Source: Saccostrea echinata
Lineage: Eukaryota
Length of the DNA: 64,000 bases
Assembly: GCF_033153115.1 (NCBI RefSeq)
Contig: NW_026889807.1
Location: forward strand, 1,426,001 to 1,490,000
Direction of reading: 5' to 3'
Numbering within the stretch: position 1 is the first letter of the stretch; each line of letters opens with the position of its first letter. The position numbers and the translations under genes are program-made. The notes beneath the pieces were generated by a model. The model did not search any database. It had not been told where the DNA came from and saw only the letters and a list, made by a program, of their open reading frames with translations. Shown here one piece after another: positions 1-12,934 of this stretch.

Positions 1-234
1 AAGCAATAATCATTTTACAATTCCTTTCATATTTTCACAGTATGTATAAAAGTGCTGCATGGTGCTGCATGGTCAATTTTCAAACTAAAATTGAATGATG
101 TTATTTTTTATTTATTTTTTTTAGGCATGTATCTTTCATCGAATGTCTACAGCTTTTCAAATATTAACGTACAGTTCCAAGCAAAATGAGTTCATTTTTA
201 TATTTGTATTCTTTCTTAAATAAAATCATGTCAG

Positions 235-820
235 AATGTGATGGTGTGATGGTGGAGTGTACTTTGCGATGTGGTCAATGCCTTAAATCAGTTCAGTGTC
301 ATCCACTGAACGGGTCTTGTTTGAATGGATGTGATGCTGGCTATCAAGGGCCATTATGCAACAAAAGTAAATGGAATTTGAAAATATATATTTGTATAAA
401 ATTCATAAAGCTTTGCTGAAATGATTATACCTTGAGCCATTGTGTAGAAAGTTGCGAAGCTGTGTTCTACATTTTCAGTATTCTAATAAAAAATATTTTA
501 CATGTGATACGATACCGTTATGTTCAAGTTTTGACTTTTATGTTTCTTTTCCACTTTATATTCAGCATGCAGCCATGGCTGGTATGGCTTAGAATGTAAA
601 GTGTGGTTATTGTAAAGGTTATAGACCATGTCATCACGTGACAGGATCCTGTTTTGGGATTTGTGAACCTGGATATTCCGGCGATAAATGCAAAGAGAAT
701 GCCTTTACACAGATTCTTGCAAATCAGAGGGAAATGATAGACTTGGTGAGGGGATTTATGTCTTTTAAAATACGCAATACTGAGCTGAAAGAAAACGGCA
801 CATCCCCTACTGACTTTTAA
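235..820 (+). pseudogene. 3' remnant of a MEGF-type EGF-repeat gene (paralog-like), disrupted
   Basis: Exon 235-366 reads ECDG..CTLRCGQC..CHPLNGSCLNGCDAGYQGPLC. The exon from 566 reads CSHGWYGLECK, frameshifts near 601, then continues CGYCKGYRPCHHVTGSCFGICEPGYSGDKCKE. It has no donor after that and runs to a stop at 820. Confidence 0.7.
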
Positions 821-1157
821 TAACAGTTGTAGTATCACATGAAGAATAGACAACACTGAAAAAAATTGTGGTCATCTGAAATTTACAAACATATATCTGT
901 ATATGCCATAATTACAGTCTTCATATTTGAAGAAAAAAATTATCCATTGATATAGAGGAATCACCATCTTTAAATTTAATTGACTGATTACGAGCAAGTA
1001 TAGATATAAAATCTTAAACTTAATAGTTTGCTTTATTGACATTGTAAAAAAGGAGATAAGATGAAGAAAGGCTATTTTTTTTCCAATGATTGCTTCAGAA
1101 TTAGTTTGTGAATTATGTTTATGCATGTTCTGCATAACAATTCTCCTGTGTGGTCAG

Positions 1158-3019
1158 TTTTACGCTCACCTGAACCAAAGATCATAGTCGTTGACGTTGT
1201 CGTCGTAAACTTGTAAGAATGTCATCTTATTCTCCAGAACAGTCAGGCCAATTCTATCAAAACTTTAAGCAGAGAATCTTTCGATAAAGGGAATTCATTT
1301 TCTTTACATAAAAGACCACGTCCTTTTACAGGGCGAGATAATAAAGAAAACTGATAGAAATGTGGTGGGATATTTTAAATTTTGCCTTAAGAACCGATGG
1401 GACGGAAAAAAGGCGTTTATGTGAAAGCTTCCCGACAAATTATAGATTTAATTTTTTTCTCTCTCTCTTTCATTCCTCCTCACTATAATATTCACACTAG
1501 TGAAGGAGAACCTTCAGGTGTACTGTACAACAGTATGTTCAAGAAGTGGTGTAAATCAGATGTGGATACTTAATAACTCCAAGGAACTTATAGATAATTT
1601 AGAATCACAAAATGTTAACACTATAAATAACATCAAAACGTACGACTTTTCAGCACTTTATACAAATATTCCCCACGATAAATTAAAGCCCATACTTTTT
1701 GACATCTTAGACAGCTGCTTTTACATTAAAAATATTCTTACCTTGTCATTGGTCATTTGCAAAATTATTTTTTTTTTCAAAAAGCATTCTGATTGTACAC
1801 ACAAGTACTATGAAGATGGTACTAAAAAGATGTTTGAGTTTCTAATTGACAATATCTATGTAGTTTTTGGAGATTAGGTCTTTCTAAAGTCTGTTGGAAT
1901 TCCCATGTGTACCAATGGCGCCCCGTAATAAGCTGACCTATTTTTGCATTCATATGAAACAGAATTTATTCAAAAACTTCTACATGAGAAGAAGAAAACA
2001 CTTGCTATGGCCATCAACTCAACATTTAGATAAATCGACGACGTATCATCAATTATCAATAGTTACTTCCATTCATATGTCGACTCTATATATCCTAGTG
2101 GACTTGAAATAAAACATACTACAGAGTCTGACATATCTGTTTCATAATTGGATATTTCACTTGAAAAAGACTTGAATGGTAACCTAACGAACAAATATTT
2201 TGATAAACGTGATGACTTAATTTTTTAATCGTAAACTTCCTTCACTTATATAGCAATATACCCTTATCATCTGCATATGGCGTTTTTGTCTCCCAGTTGA
2301 TTTGATACGCAAGAGCATGCTATGGGCAATTTCTAAAAGTAGGCAAGATATTTACAAACAAGTTGGTGAAACAAGGATATCAACAGTCTTGTCTAATGTC
2401 GTCATTTCGCAAGTTTTATAGTCGATACAATGACCTTGACAACAAATTCAACCTGCGATAAAGTTCAATGCTGACTGATTTTTCATACTAATTGTTAGGC
2501 CATTATATACACACTGAAATGTCTATGGATTTTTCCATTTTCCCCGATCATGACATGGAGTACACGGCGGGTGTGACCGGTCGACAGAGCATGCTCATTT
2601 TCTATGGCACATGATCACATCTCTAATGTTTTTGGAGGTCCGTGCTTTTGCTCTGTTCCCGATTTGTATTGTCTAAATGGATTTTCAGCTTGAATTTTGT
2701 TCGTTATCTTCATATTTCCTTTTTACAAATCATGTTTCCATGGCGTATGGCTGGCAAATATGGCGATTTGAGTTTGGCAGTGTCATAAATAGGTAAAACG
2801 TCATATAAACTTCTTAAGAACAGCAAAGCAATGATCAGGCATGTTAAATGGAAACAGGTAGTGTAGATTTAAGTTTGGTTAAATCAATTTTGTTTTAATG
2901 ATGACCCAGGGATAGAATGTAGCTACAATTTGAGATAAGGTTTTCTGTACGAATATATGGGGAGAGTCTGCTGACGAAGAACAAGAAGCACCATGGTTAG
3001 TCAGTTGAGCCCTTTGTTA
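1158..3019 (+). mobile_element. Helentron-associated (HINE / CvA-pearl-like) element interrupted by the RT insertion
   Basis: Head tttacgctcacctgaaccaaag, gtcgtc microsatellite and satellite-like unit; degenerate tail cagttgagccctttgtt near 3002-3018. Confidence 0.6.
1480..2720 (+). mobile_element. 5'-truncated Penelope-like (probably Naiad-type) retroelement, decayed RT
   Basis: SRSGVNQMWIL, IKTYDFSALYTNIPH, LIDNIYVVFG, VGIPM, ADLFLHSYE and FR*IDD, with stops and frameshifts. The ORF ends near 2490 without a C-terminal GIY-YIG, then comes the 3' tail cacggcgggtgtgaccggtcgacag. Confidence 0.85.
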
Positions 3020-4059
3020 AGTAAGATGGACAAATTAAAAGCTCTCTTCATTGAATGAAATGGCGTTCTTCCAGTACCATTGAATTTAAACGCACTTTGT
3101 TTAACTTAAAAATAATTCTTTGTAAAATAAAATGGAATTTCCAAATAATGTTATTCCATGTAGTAAATTGAAATTTTCTACAAACGTATTTTTGTATGAA
3201 AAAGGTGAAGATAGCAAGAAGTCATCGGTCTCAAAATATCTACAAACAATAAAATCTTATAAACAGGGCATAAACAGAAACAAGAAATACCACGCAGCTA
3301 CGTTAAAGCTTCCCGAAGCTTTAAAATGCGTTCAAACCAAAACATTGCATTGCGATGTCGAGTTTGATTTTAATTTGTATGTTATGTATTTAAGTACAGC
3401 CAATTTATATATAAGGTTCTCTCGGCCATGCATAGAGAATATTACATACTAAAATCCATATCATATGTCATATCAGCCCGAGTGGCCCCATATCAGCCCG
3501 AGGGCAGTTTGGAAAATACCTATGATTTCCTAGGAAAAATTGCTGAGGAATAAATGTTTAAACATGTTAATTTGATTTCCACAGTATTTGAAATTATAAC
3601 ATAAAATAAGCCTGAATAAAAATTCACAGTTACTCAACAGTAGTCATGTATCTTTAGATACTTCAAGTTTAATTCTGGATTTATCAACAACTGTCTACTT
3701 TATTGCATTATCAGCACGGAGTTTGATAACACTAAGATTTGATGTACCTTGAAAAGTCAATCAAAAATATTGTTCTAAAATTAAATTTCGGTCCGCTAAG
3801 TTATCTATTAAACAGTTTGTAGGGCATAATATCGTGTTTTATTTCTGTTTGATAGTTTATACATTTTCGTTTCCTTTTAAATTCGTTTATTCATACTTTC
3901 GCCATATTTTTCTTTTAACATTGTATTCCCATACAAAAAAGGACTATTGGACGTCAATCGGAGTATCCAATTGACAGTTCGTTAAAGAATAATTGACCGT
4001 CAATGGACCATTGCTTGAATTTTTGCCATGCAAATGAGGGAGAGTTCAACTTATCCGCG

Positions 4060-4351
4060 TAAAGTTGACCACTGTTAAATGCTCCTATAAATTCTGTGCA
4101 GTTGATCACTGTGAATACTCCTACATCTTCTTTGCAGTTGACCACTGTTGAATACTCCTTTCTTTTCTCTGCAGTTAAACACTGTTAAATACTTTATACT
4201 CCGTACATTTGACCACTGTTGAACGGTTCTATATTTTCTTTGCAGTTGACCCCTGCTGAATACTACAATATTTTCTTAGCAGTTGACCACTGTTGAATTG
4301 TCCTTTATTTTCTGTGCAATGGACCAGTGTTGAATACTTCATTAGGCAGTG
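4060..4351. repeat. About 36-bp tandem repeat (about 8 units) ending in CAGTG
   Basis: Unit gcagttgaccactgttgaatactcct...ttttct recurs at roughly 36-bp spacing. Confidence 0.85.
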
Positions 4352-4369
4352 CGAGTTGTTTTTCAATAA

Positions 4370-4401
<32 letters not shown>

Positions 4402-4961
4402 GTTTTGAAAACCTTAGGCGGCAAGCAGTGTGTTTTGAAACGCTGCCATGTCTCCGAATTGAAAAATTCAATGCAATTCGGCTATTTAAATGATACATCT
4501 ATATACAAGAATGCATGTATACAAATGCATTAAAACATGAGCTGGCACACTCTCAAATTTTGCTGTATGCCTCCTTAATTTTCTGTGCAGAAGAAAGTAT
4601 ATTGTCAAAAACAATTGCATTTATTTAATAATAAAACAACATCAACATAACATTACTTGATGCACGACAAGTTTTCGAAATTCTTCAAATTATTTTAACA
4701 AGTACACAATAATAGGGACCTATACTAGCTACAGTATTATGTCCTTCCAATATCGTTTAGAAAAAAAAATATAAACAAAGAAAGAAAAGTCTTACACAAA
4801 TTGAATTATTCGATCACGAAAACAACTCTCTCCTTTCGAAATTCTCTGCGTACCTAGAATATGCAGATACATGTATAATATAGGCCGTAATGGCTTGGGT
4901 GACGCTTATGAACAGTATTTATATTCATAATTACCAAATCAATTATTTTTTCCCTATTATA

Positions 4962-5965
4962 CGACGGTTGATCCAAAAATGCGGGGAAATTCCTAATATT
5001 TATTTATTTCTTAGTGGAATTGATTAAAAATTACAATGGGAAATATATACACTTTTTTTTAATAAAAAAGTATTTTGATATTAATGAAAAACACTTTGGT
5101 AGTTGCCATAGAAACAGATGTTTGAAAATTCGGTGGATAAATTTATTCGTTCGTTAAAATTGTTATTCTTGATACTAAAAGTGAGAGAAAAAAAAAAACG
5201 CGCTAGTGACATAAAAAGATGAAAATTGTGTCATTATTACGATAGCTTAACCTCTTATAAACCTTTGTTTGAGAGATTTATTGATTTTACTGGATATTTA
5301 GTTTCTCTCTTAAATAACATCGAAATTCGGTCAAGTAATAAGTTTTGTGAAAATCTCAGGAAAACTCTGACTTAAACGCATATACTAGCTGATACAGGGA
5401 GGAATAAACAACTGGTTTTCCAGTGGCGTGTGAAATTTATGGAAAATAGAACTTCCATGGAGGAGGATGAAAGGCAAGGCCGCCTATTGGAAGGTCATTT
5501 TTTCTTCCTAGACAAATTGAGCGTTAATGGACGCGGACCGCCGACGTACTGTGCTTGACATTGCTAGTGAAATTGGAACGTCATATTGAAAGACGGAGAG
5601 TATTTTGAAAATAATTGTAATATGAAGAAAGTGGGTGCGAGATGGGTACCCTGGCTTTTCTTATGAACAGAAATGGAGAAAGAATGCAGTGTTCTGTAGA
5701 ATTTTAAAGTCGATTTGAACGTGATTTGAACATGAGTGTGATATGCTTCTAGAACGTGACGTGACATACTTAACTTCAAGTTACGTCGAAGTCTCCCCCG
5801 GATTTTACAACTGTCCATGTTGAGAAAGCTCGTGTGAACTTAATGGTAATTGGAACGTGGTGAAATTTCCAGTCAAGTTGCATAATGTCTGTATTTTATA
5901 AATATGTCTTTTGTTTGGTTTCATATTTTAGAAAGAAATTCCACGAACATTTGGATCAACCTTCG
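4962..5965 (+). mobile_element. Mariner deletion derivative retaining the N-terminal transposase region
   Basis: TA TSD; TIR cgacggttgatccaaa / tttggatcaaccttcg; decayed peptides IEIRS..KFC, VFQWRVKF..RTSMEEDERQGR, DRRRTVLDIASEIGTS and MKKVGARWVP (about 5312-5650). Confidence 0.85.
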
Positions 5966-6989
5966 TACTTTAAATGTTTAAGGGAGCATTTTTTTTTTTA
6001 AATTAAATAATTAGTGTTGATGACTATCAATCTACTGGGGAACAAAACAAGATGGAATGAAATTTTTTGGGAACAAAGAATTTTAACCGTCCATTCAAAA
6101 TCATAAAAAGCACACTTTATTCGTTTCAATACGATTGAATTCTAAATAAAATACAAAGCAAAACACCCATCCTTCCCTTTTTTTAACAAAATAGATGATA
6201 AAAACTGACATGCATGAAATAAACTATAATACATCTTTTTCGGAATGTGGCAATCCTCTGACGTTTTAAAGTACATCGTAAGCATAAGACAAACTTACAA
6301 CTTTTATTCACTGGGCACTTTTTTTCTAGGGTAGGATGGCTTAAGACAAACAAAACATGTTGACCTTGAGGATTAAATACCAATAAAAAGTTAACATGCA
6401 AAATATCTTTCTCTCTCTGTGTGTGTGTGTGTGTGTGTGTTGGTGTGTGTGTGTTGGTGTGGCTTTTTGTGGATTGCAAACCAGAAAGATAATTATTTTT
6501 TTTAAAAAGTTATCAAACGAAAAAATATGCACTTTATTGTTAAAATCAAGTGTATATTCAAATCATCTTTTGAATTGACTTACATAAAACTTCGATCTGT
6601 ATATGAAATTTATACGAGTTGCGTTGAATCTTTAAAAGAAGTCTTTAGAGATAAACTGAAAGATATAAAGATTATATATCAAGACTGCAAATTTCCTTTT
6701 TTAGAGTGATGATTAAGTGCAATGTTACGGTACAATGAATCATAAAACGCAGAATACAAATGTACACTAAAAAGGATGCTAGGTCTGTGTGATAATTTCT
6801 GCTACTATACAGGTAAAATTGCAACGTATGTTCAACATAAAATATGCAAGTACATTTTTATAGCATTGTTACAAATTATTAACTAAAAAAAAGTTGAGTC
6901 AATATACATAATATATTAGATATATTTTTATTCTTTGTACGACAGTCACATTTATATAGTCATCATAATTTTCAAACATTAAATTACAG

Positions 6990-8845
6990 TGAAGGAATTA
7001 AAGTCTCTACGATCAGAAGTTGCAGAACTTAAAGAGGTGTAATCGAGTACTGTCCAACAGAGACCATTCCATATGGCATGATGTTCATTCAAAGTAATAA
7101 TACACCCCCCCCTCTCCCCCCCCCCCCCCCCACACACACACAAAAAGTTGGGTTTAATACATTCAGGTGTTAATGCCCATAACAGTTATTTAATTAAATT
7201 ATAATGGATAATTCTTAAATTCATTGATATGAATTTAATAGAGAAATTCTAAATATTTTGTGAACATTCCCATCGAATATCTTATCTAAAAATTCTGTGT
7301 TTACAGGAGAAGCTGCATCTATTTCTGAGACATTTGTTTACCAAAAACATGTGGCTTGATCTCCAGAATGAAGAATACCAGGTGAGAGAAACTGTCTAAA
7401 TAATTGCATTACAAGAAAATTGAAAGGCGATTGTTTAGTACATAAACTAGTAATAATAATATTAATTATAATAATTTTTTTCCAGTCTGAAGTGAAGAAA
7501 TGCTTACAGAGGGATGGCAGATCCTCGGATATTGATGCATTGAAAAAAGTCAACTCGTTTTCTATGCTGAAATTCACAGAATTCAGAAACCAATTCAGAA
7601 GGAGTGTAAGTTTCTATAAATAAAAACTTTATTCCAATGCAATTAGACAAGGGTACATTTTTGTTGTTCTGCATTCCTTACATGCTCCTTATCAGTAAGG
7701 AATTGTGAAGCTCTTGGAAAATTAAATATTTAATCATCAGATCGATGACAAAATGGAACTTAATTTTGATCGGTAGATATTGTTGACATACATCAACTAT
7801 ATTTTCACAAATACAACATTCAGTGTTCTCTTTAGAAGATGAAGTTTTCAGTCCAGTTTTCTTAAAGAAAAAAATGAGATATCATTCCTTCATTATAAAA
7901 GTATTAGAATTCAAACAAAGGGTTAAAAATTTATTCTAACTGGCATAACTTTAACAATTGGGGTAATCGTGCGTAATAATTAACCTCAAAATTTTTACTT
8001 CATTCATACTCTCATATGTATAATACGTGTAATGTATAATGATTACAGCTTGTACAGAAGAGAAAAGTGGACCTCAGAAGTTTGAAATTGGCAGAGTTCT
8101 GTAGGGTAGTCTACAGTCCATTCTGCAGATCAGGAGAGGATAATTGCTTCACTGAGAGACGCCGAAATGCCCTACTGTTTGTAAGTACATGTATAAAGAT
8201 AAGTACTGGTATCCTTTACAAAATTTAAATTCTTGTTACTCAAAATTTGTACGTGATTGTCATGTAAAGATTTTGAAAAAAAAAGAATTATTCATCACAG
8301 CATCAAAACTCGCATGATGCAGCATTTTTTCCATCTTAAATATTTAGTAGATTTATTGGTATGCATGAAGATTGTTTTATAATACACAAGTTATCTACAC
8401 AATATAGGCCATTGGTGATTTCCGTTTTCATATCAACACTTTCAGAGAACTTTCTTGTATAGACAAAAAATATTTGTCTATACAAACCAGAATCAGACCC
8501 AGAACCAGACCCAGCAAGAAAGCCATTTCTGGAATGATTTCAAAACATACATTCAAGAGCACCGCAGCCAAACTGAGGATAAATGGTTAAAGATGGAGGA
8601 GCTTGATGGCAGAAGACGAAACAAGTTCCTCAACAGTCAAGGTTTGTTTTTTCCTGATACAAATAGATATTTATGAGTTACTCTGGAATGTCACAATACA
8701 ATTCATTAATTCATATTATACAGGTATTTCAAAAATAAAGCAAGATTTTATTAAATTGCATAATTACACAATGCCAATTTCAAAATATATAAATACATTT
8801 TTATTGATTTTAGATGCTGCCAACTCTACACTCATTAGTTTATGA
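6990..8845 (+). CDS. Uncharacterised spliced gene (5' end unresolved; possibly a pseudogene or transposon accessory gene)
   Basis: Open, phase-compatible GT-AG exons 7307-7381, 7486-7605, 8049-8180, 8446-8641 and 8814-8845 (TGA). An upstream exon from 6990 encodes coiled-coil-like KELKSLRSEVAELKE and has two stops if spliced at 7093. Confidence 0.65.
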
Positions 8846-9076
8846 CAGATGAAAAAATGTAGCAAAATGTAGAATAATAAATAAGACTTGATAACAATGT
8901 TGTGTTCTGTTATCATTTAAATCATTTAAAAGATATTGTTGAAATACACGTCAAACTTGGTGCCCTGCACATTATAAGCAAAAGAAGATGAAATATTTTG
9001 ATGGGTAAAAAAATACATTTCCCAGGAAAGAAGAGGAAATAAATGCAACAATGTATTAAAATCCAGAAACCGTAGT

Positions 9077-9295
9077 ACCTGGTATAACATATGTTCAACG
9101 TGTGTATTATGAAACACATGTTCATTCATGGTGATAAAAACATATGTTAAACATATGTTAAACATACGTTTTACATATGTTTTCAAACATATGTTAAGCA
9201 TATGTTGTACGTTTTTCATGTTTAACGTATGTTTCAAAACATATGTAAAACGTATGTTTAACATATATTTAACAAACGTTGCAATTTTACCTGTA
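9077..9295. mobile_element. Small MITE built of AACATATGTT palindromic repeats
   Basis: Imperfect termini cctggtataa / ttttacctg; many internal aacatatgtt / aacgtatgtt units. Confidence 0.55.
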
Positions 9296-10168
9296 TATGA
9301 CAAAACCTGCTTATCAAAATATCGCAAAATGGCGGACGTTCACATTAACATACAAAGGGTATGAATATTTAAATAATTTTTCTTTAATACAACATCAAAA
9401 TCATGTAAGCTTTACTCTTGGCGATTTCTTCATTTGGGTAAAAGGACAATTATGCATTAGAAATATTGTGAAATGTCGTATGTTGTACTACAAGATAGTA
9501 TAGATTTAAGTCAGTCAGCAAAATCAAAGGTGACCTTTTATTTTAACACAATAAAACTTTTGTTAGTATCTATAAACCCTATAACTTCATATATATATAA
9601 TAAACTTTCTTGTATTCTTAATGGACTTTCGTTCAATCATAGTAATGTTTAGTTAAACTCTAATCAAAAGGAAAATAACTTCCTTTTTATATCCCTTAGG
9701 TGCAAATCACTTCAAGTAGATGCATTGTCAACCCAATATATGCGTAAAGTGATTTGTGTTATAAACCATACACTGTTAACATTCAGTTAGTTTTTTGAGC
9801 ACGTGCCCTGCTCGTGTTGTATTGCATTCCCCTGAATAGGTTTTTAATCGCCTTGCATCCTAGTGAACTTTTTTTTTCCTGAAGTTTATCAATATGATTT
9901 TGATGCAAATTTACATAATAGCTTTGGCAGTTTGGTGTGCAAGAAATTATGGTAAGTAACGGCATTTGATTATTTCACGTTAACAGTGTAATGTTTTCGG
10001 TGATGCACAGATACCTATCAATTAGTATTATAACGATGTAAGGTCTTTCTCAGTTGAATACAAGGTAGAGTATAATCTTCAGAATTTAAGATTAAAAGCT
10101 GGCAATATGGAAGAAAGATCCAGTAATGTTATTGTTAAATGTCTGGATCTTTCTTTTTGGGAATCTTT

Positions 10169-10211
<43 letters not shown>

Positions 10212-11340
10212 TATTGTATTATATGTAATTTCATATACGACAGCTACTTGCTTACCGGTAAATACCACTGCATACTAGTGACTGCCACATGCTAACTGCA
10301 CTTCCGTATTGTCGGTGTTCAATCTTAAATACTTTTGGTAAAATGAGTAAAAATATACATGTACATATCTTTTAAGAGGATATTTCAAGCGTGTATTCCG
10401 ATCCCCCTTGTCCATTCAGCTTTATTTTAGATTCCATCTGATAACACAAATGTTATAACGGTCAAATTTAAGAAGCTGAATTCATATTGACAAAAAATGG
10501 TTTGCAGCATTTTTATTCCATAATGTAAGGTAGTAAATTAGATGCACTCGTAGATATTCTAAAATTAAACAGCATCGAAAACAATTTTGTTGATTGTGGG
10601 AAAAAAACAATAAGAGACAAAGCAATATCAGGTAAATGTATATAAAGGCTGAAAGTAACATTGTCTACGTGTATGATGAAGCAAGTACCATGAAGAATCA
10701 CACTAAAATAGAATGAGTGGACAAAGAAACCCAAACAACTCCAACGTTGGTATTTTCAAAAACTTAAAGATCTATTAATGATTAAGAAGATGTGCAACAA
10801 GATATATCTTAAAGGATATTGTCAAAATTAAGGTCGGTGCAGAGATAGCTTTCACTAATGGGTTAAAAGATATCAGAAATGGTTCAACATACCTCAATAC
10901 CTGCCTATTTTTCCATATTTTCCAACTTTTTATCACTAATTTTCGCTATTACGCTATAAGAATCAATTTATGTCTTGCTTAAAAAGTTGTTTAGAGCCTT
11001 TTGTTTTCATTAAGGAATTATTGTATAAAAAAGAGCTACTAACATCCCTATTACCGTATGGCAGGTTTCTTTAGCGGGTATAAAATTTGGCGTTTTCCAT
11101 ACCCAAAGATATTCCAATAATTTTGGCGGAACTTTTTAGGCGGACAAAGAGTTCAACATCTTTGCAAAAGAGCGAAATTTAATCTTTTAGATGAATTTCA
11201 GTAGGTGTAATCAACATTTGAATACCAATTTTCGCAAGAGTCTTAGTGCATAGCAATAGCAGATACATTGTTTAACAAGAGACTGATCAAGGTTATTAAG
11301 GCCTTCCGTCTCCACGGAAGTCCTTATAGTGATTCTATTG

Positions 11341-11362
11341 TTTCTTCTTCTTCTTCTTCTTC

Positions 11363-11399
<37 letters not shown>
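11341..11399. repeat. (TTC)n(TTA)n compound microsatellite
   Basis: Directly visible. Confidence 0.95.
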
Positions 11400-12876
11400 C
11401 AAGGTCGTCCGGCTTCCTTTGGAAGACCTTATTGTTTTCTATTAGTATTATTATTCGACTTTTCATAGTACAGGCGATATCTCAGCTGTGCGTGGTTCAA
11501 TTCAAAAGATTTTTTTTCAGGGAAGATACATCTTGAAAATATCTCCAGGAGTTTCCCTCACTTTTTTGAAATTCACTTCCGTTCGCGATTTTTGGGGAAA
11601 TTTGTATTTTCTAACAGAAATTTTGTCCGTTAATTTTCTCGATATGAGAAAGATATGAAACTCACGGACATGATAGAGCATCAAATGTAGATATGGTGAT
11701 TGACCTTTATTTTTCGTCGTTTGTACTTCCGGTCGCGAACGGAAGTGAATTGAAAAAGTACAATTTTTCAACTTCTTTGTTTTTCTTTTCATATTTTTCT
11801 ATGAAATTAACACGGTAAATAAAAAATTTCATAGGAAGATTAAATATATAATTAGTTTTAAGATTGATAAACTCATACTCTAGATATTCTTCATTTTTCA
11901 CTTCGAAGAGGTGGTCCTTGCTAGCGCAATGGTTAGCATGTATGATTTTTTATACGGGCGACCCCGGTAGAATCCCCAGAATGTCCGTACTAATTTACTT
12001 TTTTCAGCCTAAATATAACATTTTATCTTCAAAATGATACTGGTGTTTACTCTGTACGAATTTTGTGATATTTGATCAATGAAACATTTTATCACATTTC
12101 ATGTAGGAATACAGCTACAGATACCGGGAATACATAAAGTAAAACTTTTACCTTTTGAGTAAGGAGTCAACTTCTCTGATGACATGATATGCCTGATTCA
12201 AACTGGAGGCAATTTTCTTTTTTTCGTTATGGACAATTTTCGGATTTTAAAATGAAATTTTGTCCTCGACTGATCTAAGGAACGGCTAAAGATATGAATT
12301 GGGGACTTGTTAGAGATGATAGAACATGACATCTAGATGTTCGAACTTACAATTTATGGTTATCAATACTTCCGGTCGCTACGGGAAGTGAATTAAAAAA
12401 GTCGAGTTTTCTATGATATTAATAGTGTTAAAAGAAGCATTTTCAAAATGCTAAATGTATAATTTGTTTTAAAATTGATAAATCAAAACTCTAGATACAT
12501 GTAGTCATCATTTTTCACTTTGGAAAGGGGGGGGGGGGGATCCCAAAGGCATTATGGTGAGCGTGTTGGATTTTCACGCAGGCGATCCAGGTTCATAGAT
12601 ATTATATTTAATTAGTTTTTATTATGTAAAGTCAAATTACATAATTGGATTGGACATCGGGCATAGCTTATACAAGTCCTCTAGAAGAAGGAATGAGAAG
12701 TTAGAGGTGTTGCACAACGGTAATACATATTGTGCTATAAGTAATGGCTTTTCAAGAAGCTTGCCTGACAAAAACAATAAATATTTATAGTAGGTATTAT
12801 GCGGCAAATATTTCTTTCGCATGCCGGGCTCGTCTTCTATCAAAGAGTAGAAACCCCCCCCAAAAAAGAAAAGAAA

Positions 12877-12934
<58 letters not shown>

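Noticed and set aside
1875-2300. Selenocysteine recoding in the PLE RT
   Set aside because: Stops are mixed TAG/TAA/TGA with frameshifts, i.e. ordinary decay.
3132-3452. 106-aa ORF
   Set aside because: Crosses a repeat boundary (CGCAG fragment); no recognisable motif.
4060-4351. CRISPR-like array
   Set aside because: Units are degenerate tandem copies without unique spacers; eukaryotic context and no cas genes.
7777-7842. Extra exon of the orphan gene
   Set aside because: Hits a stop with no good donor; the flanking exons splice in frame without it.
11915-11980. Functional tRNA genes (also 12548, 18960, 47515)
   Set aside because: No complete cloverleaf; they are embedded in SINE or Helentron repeats.
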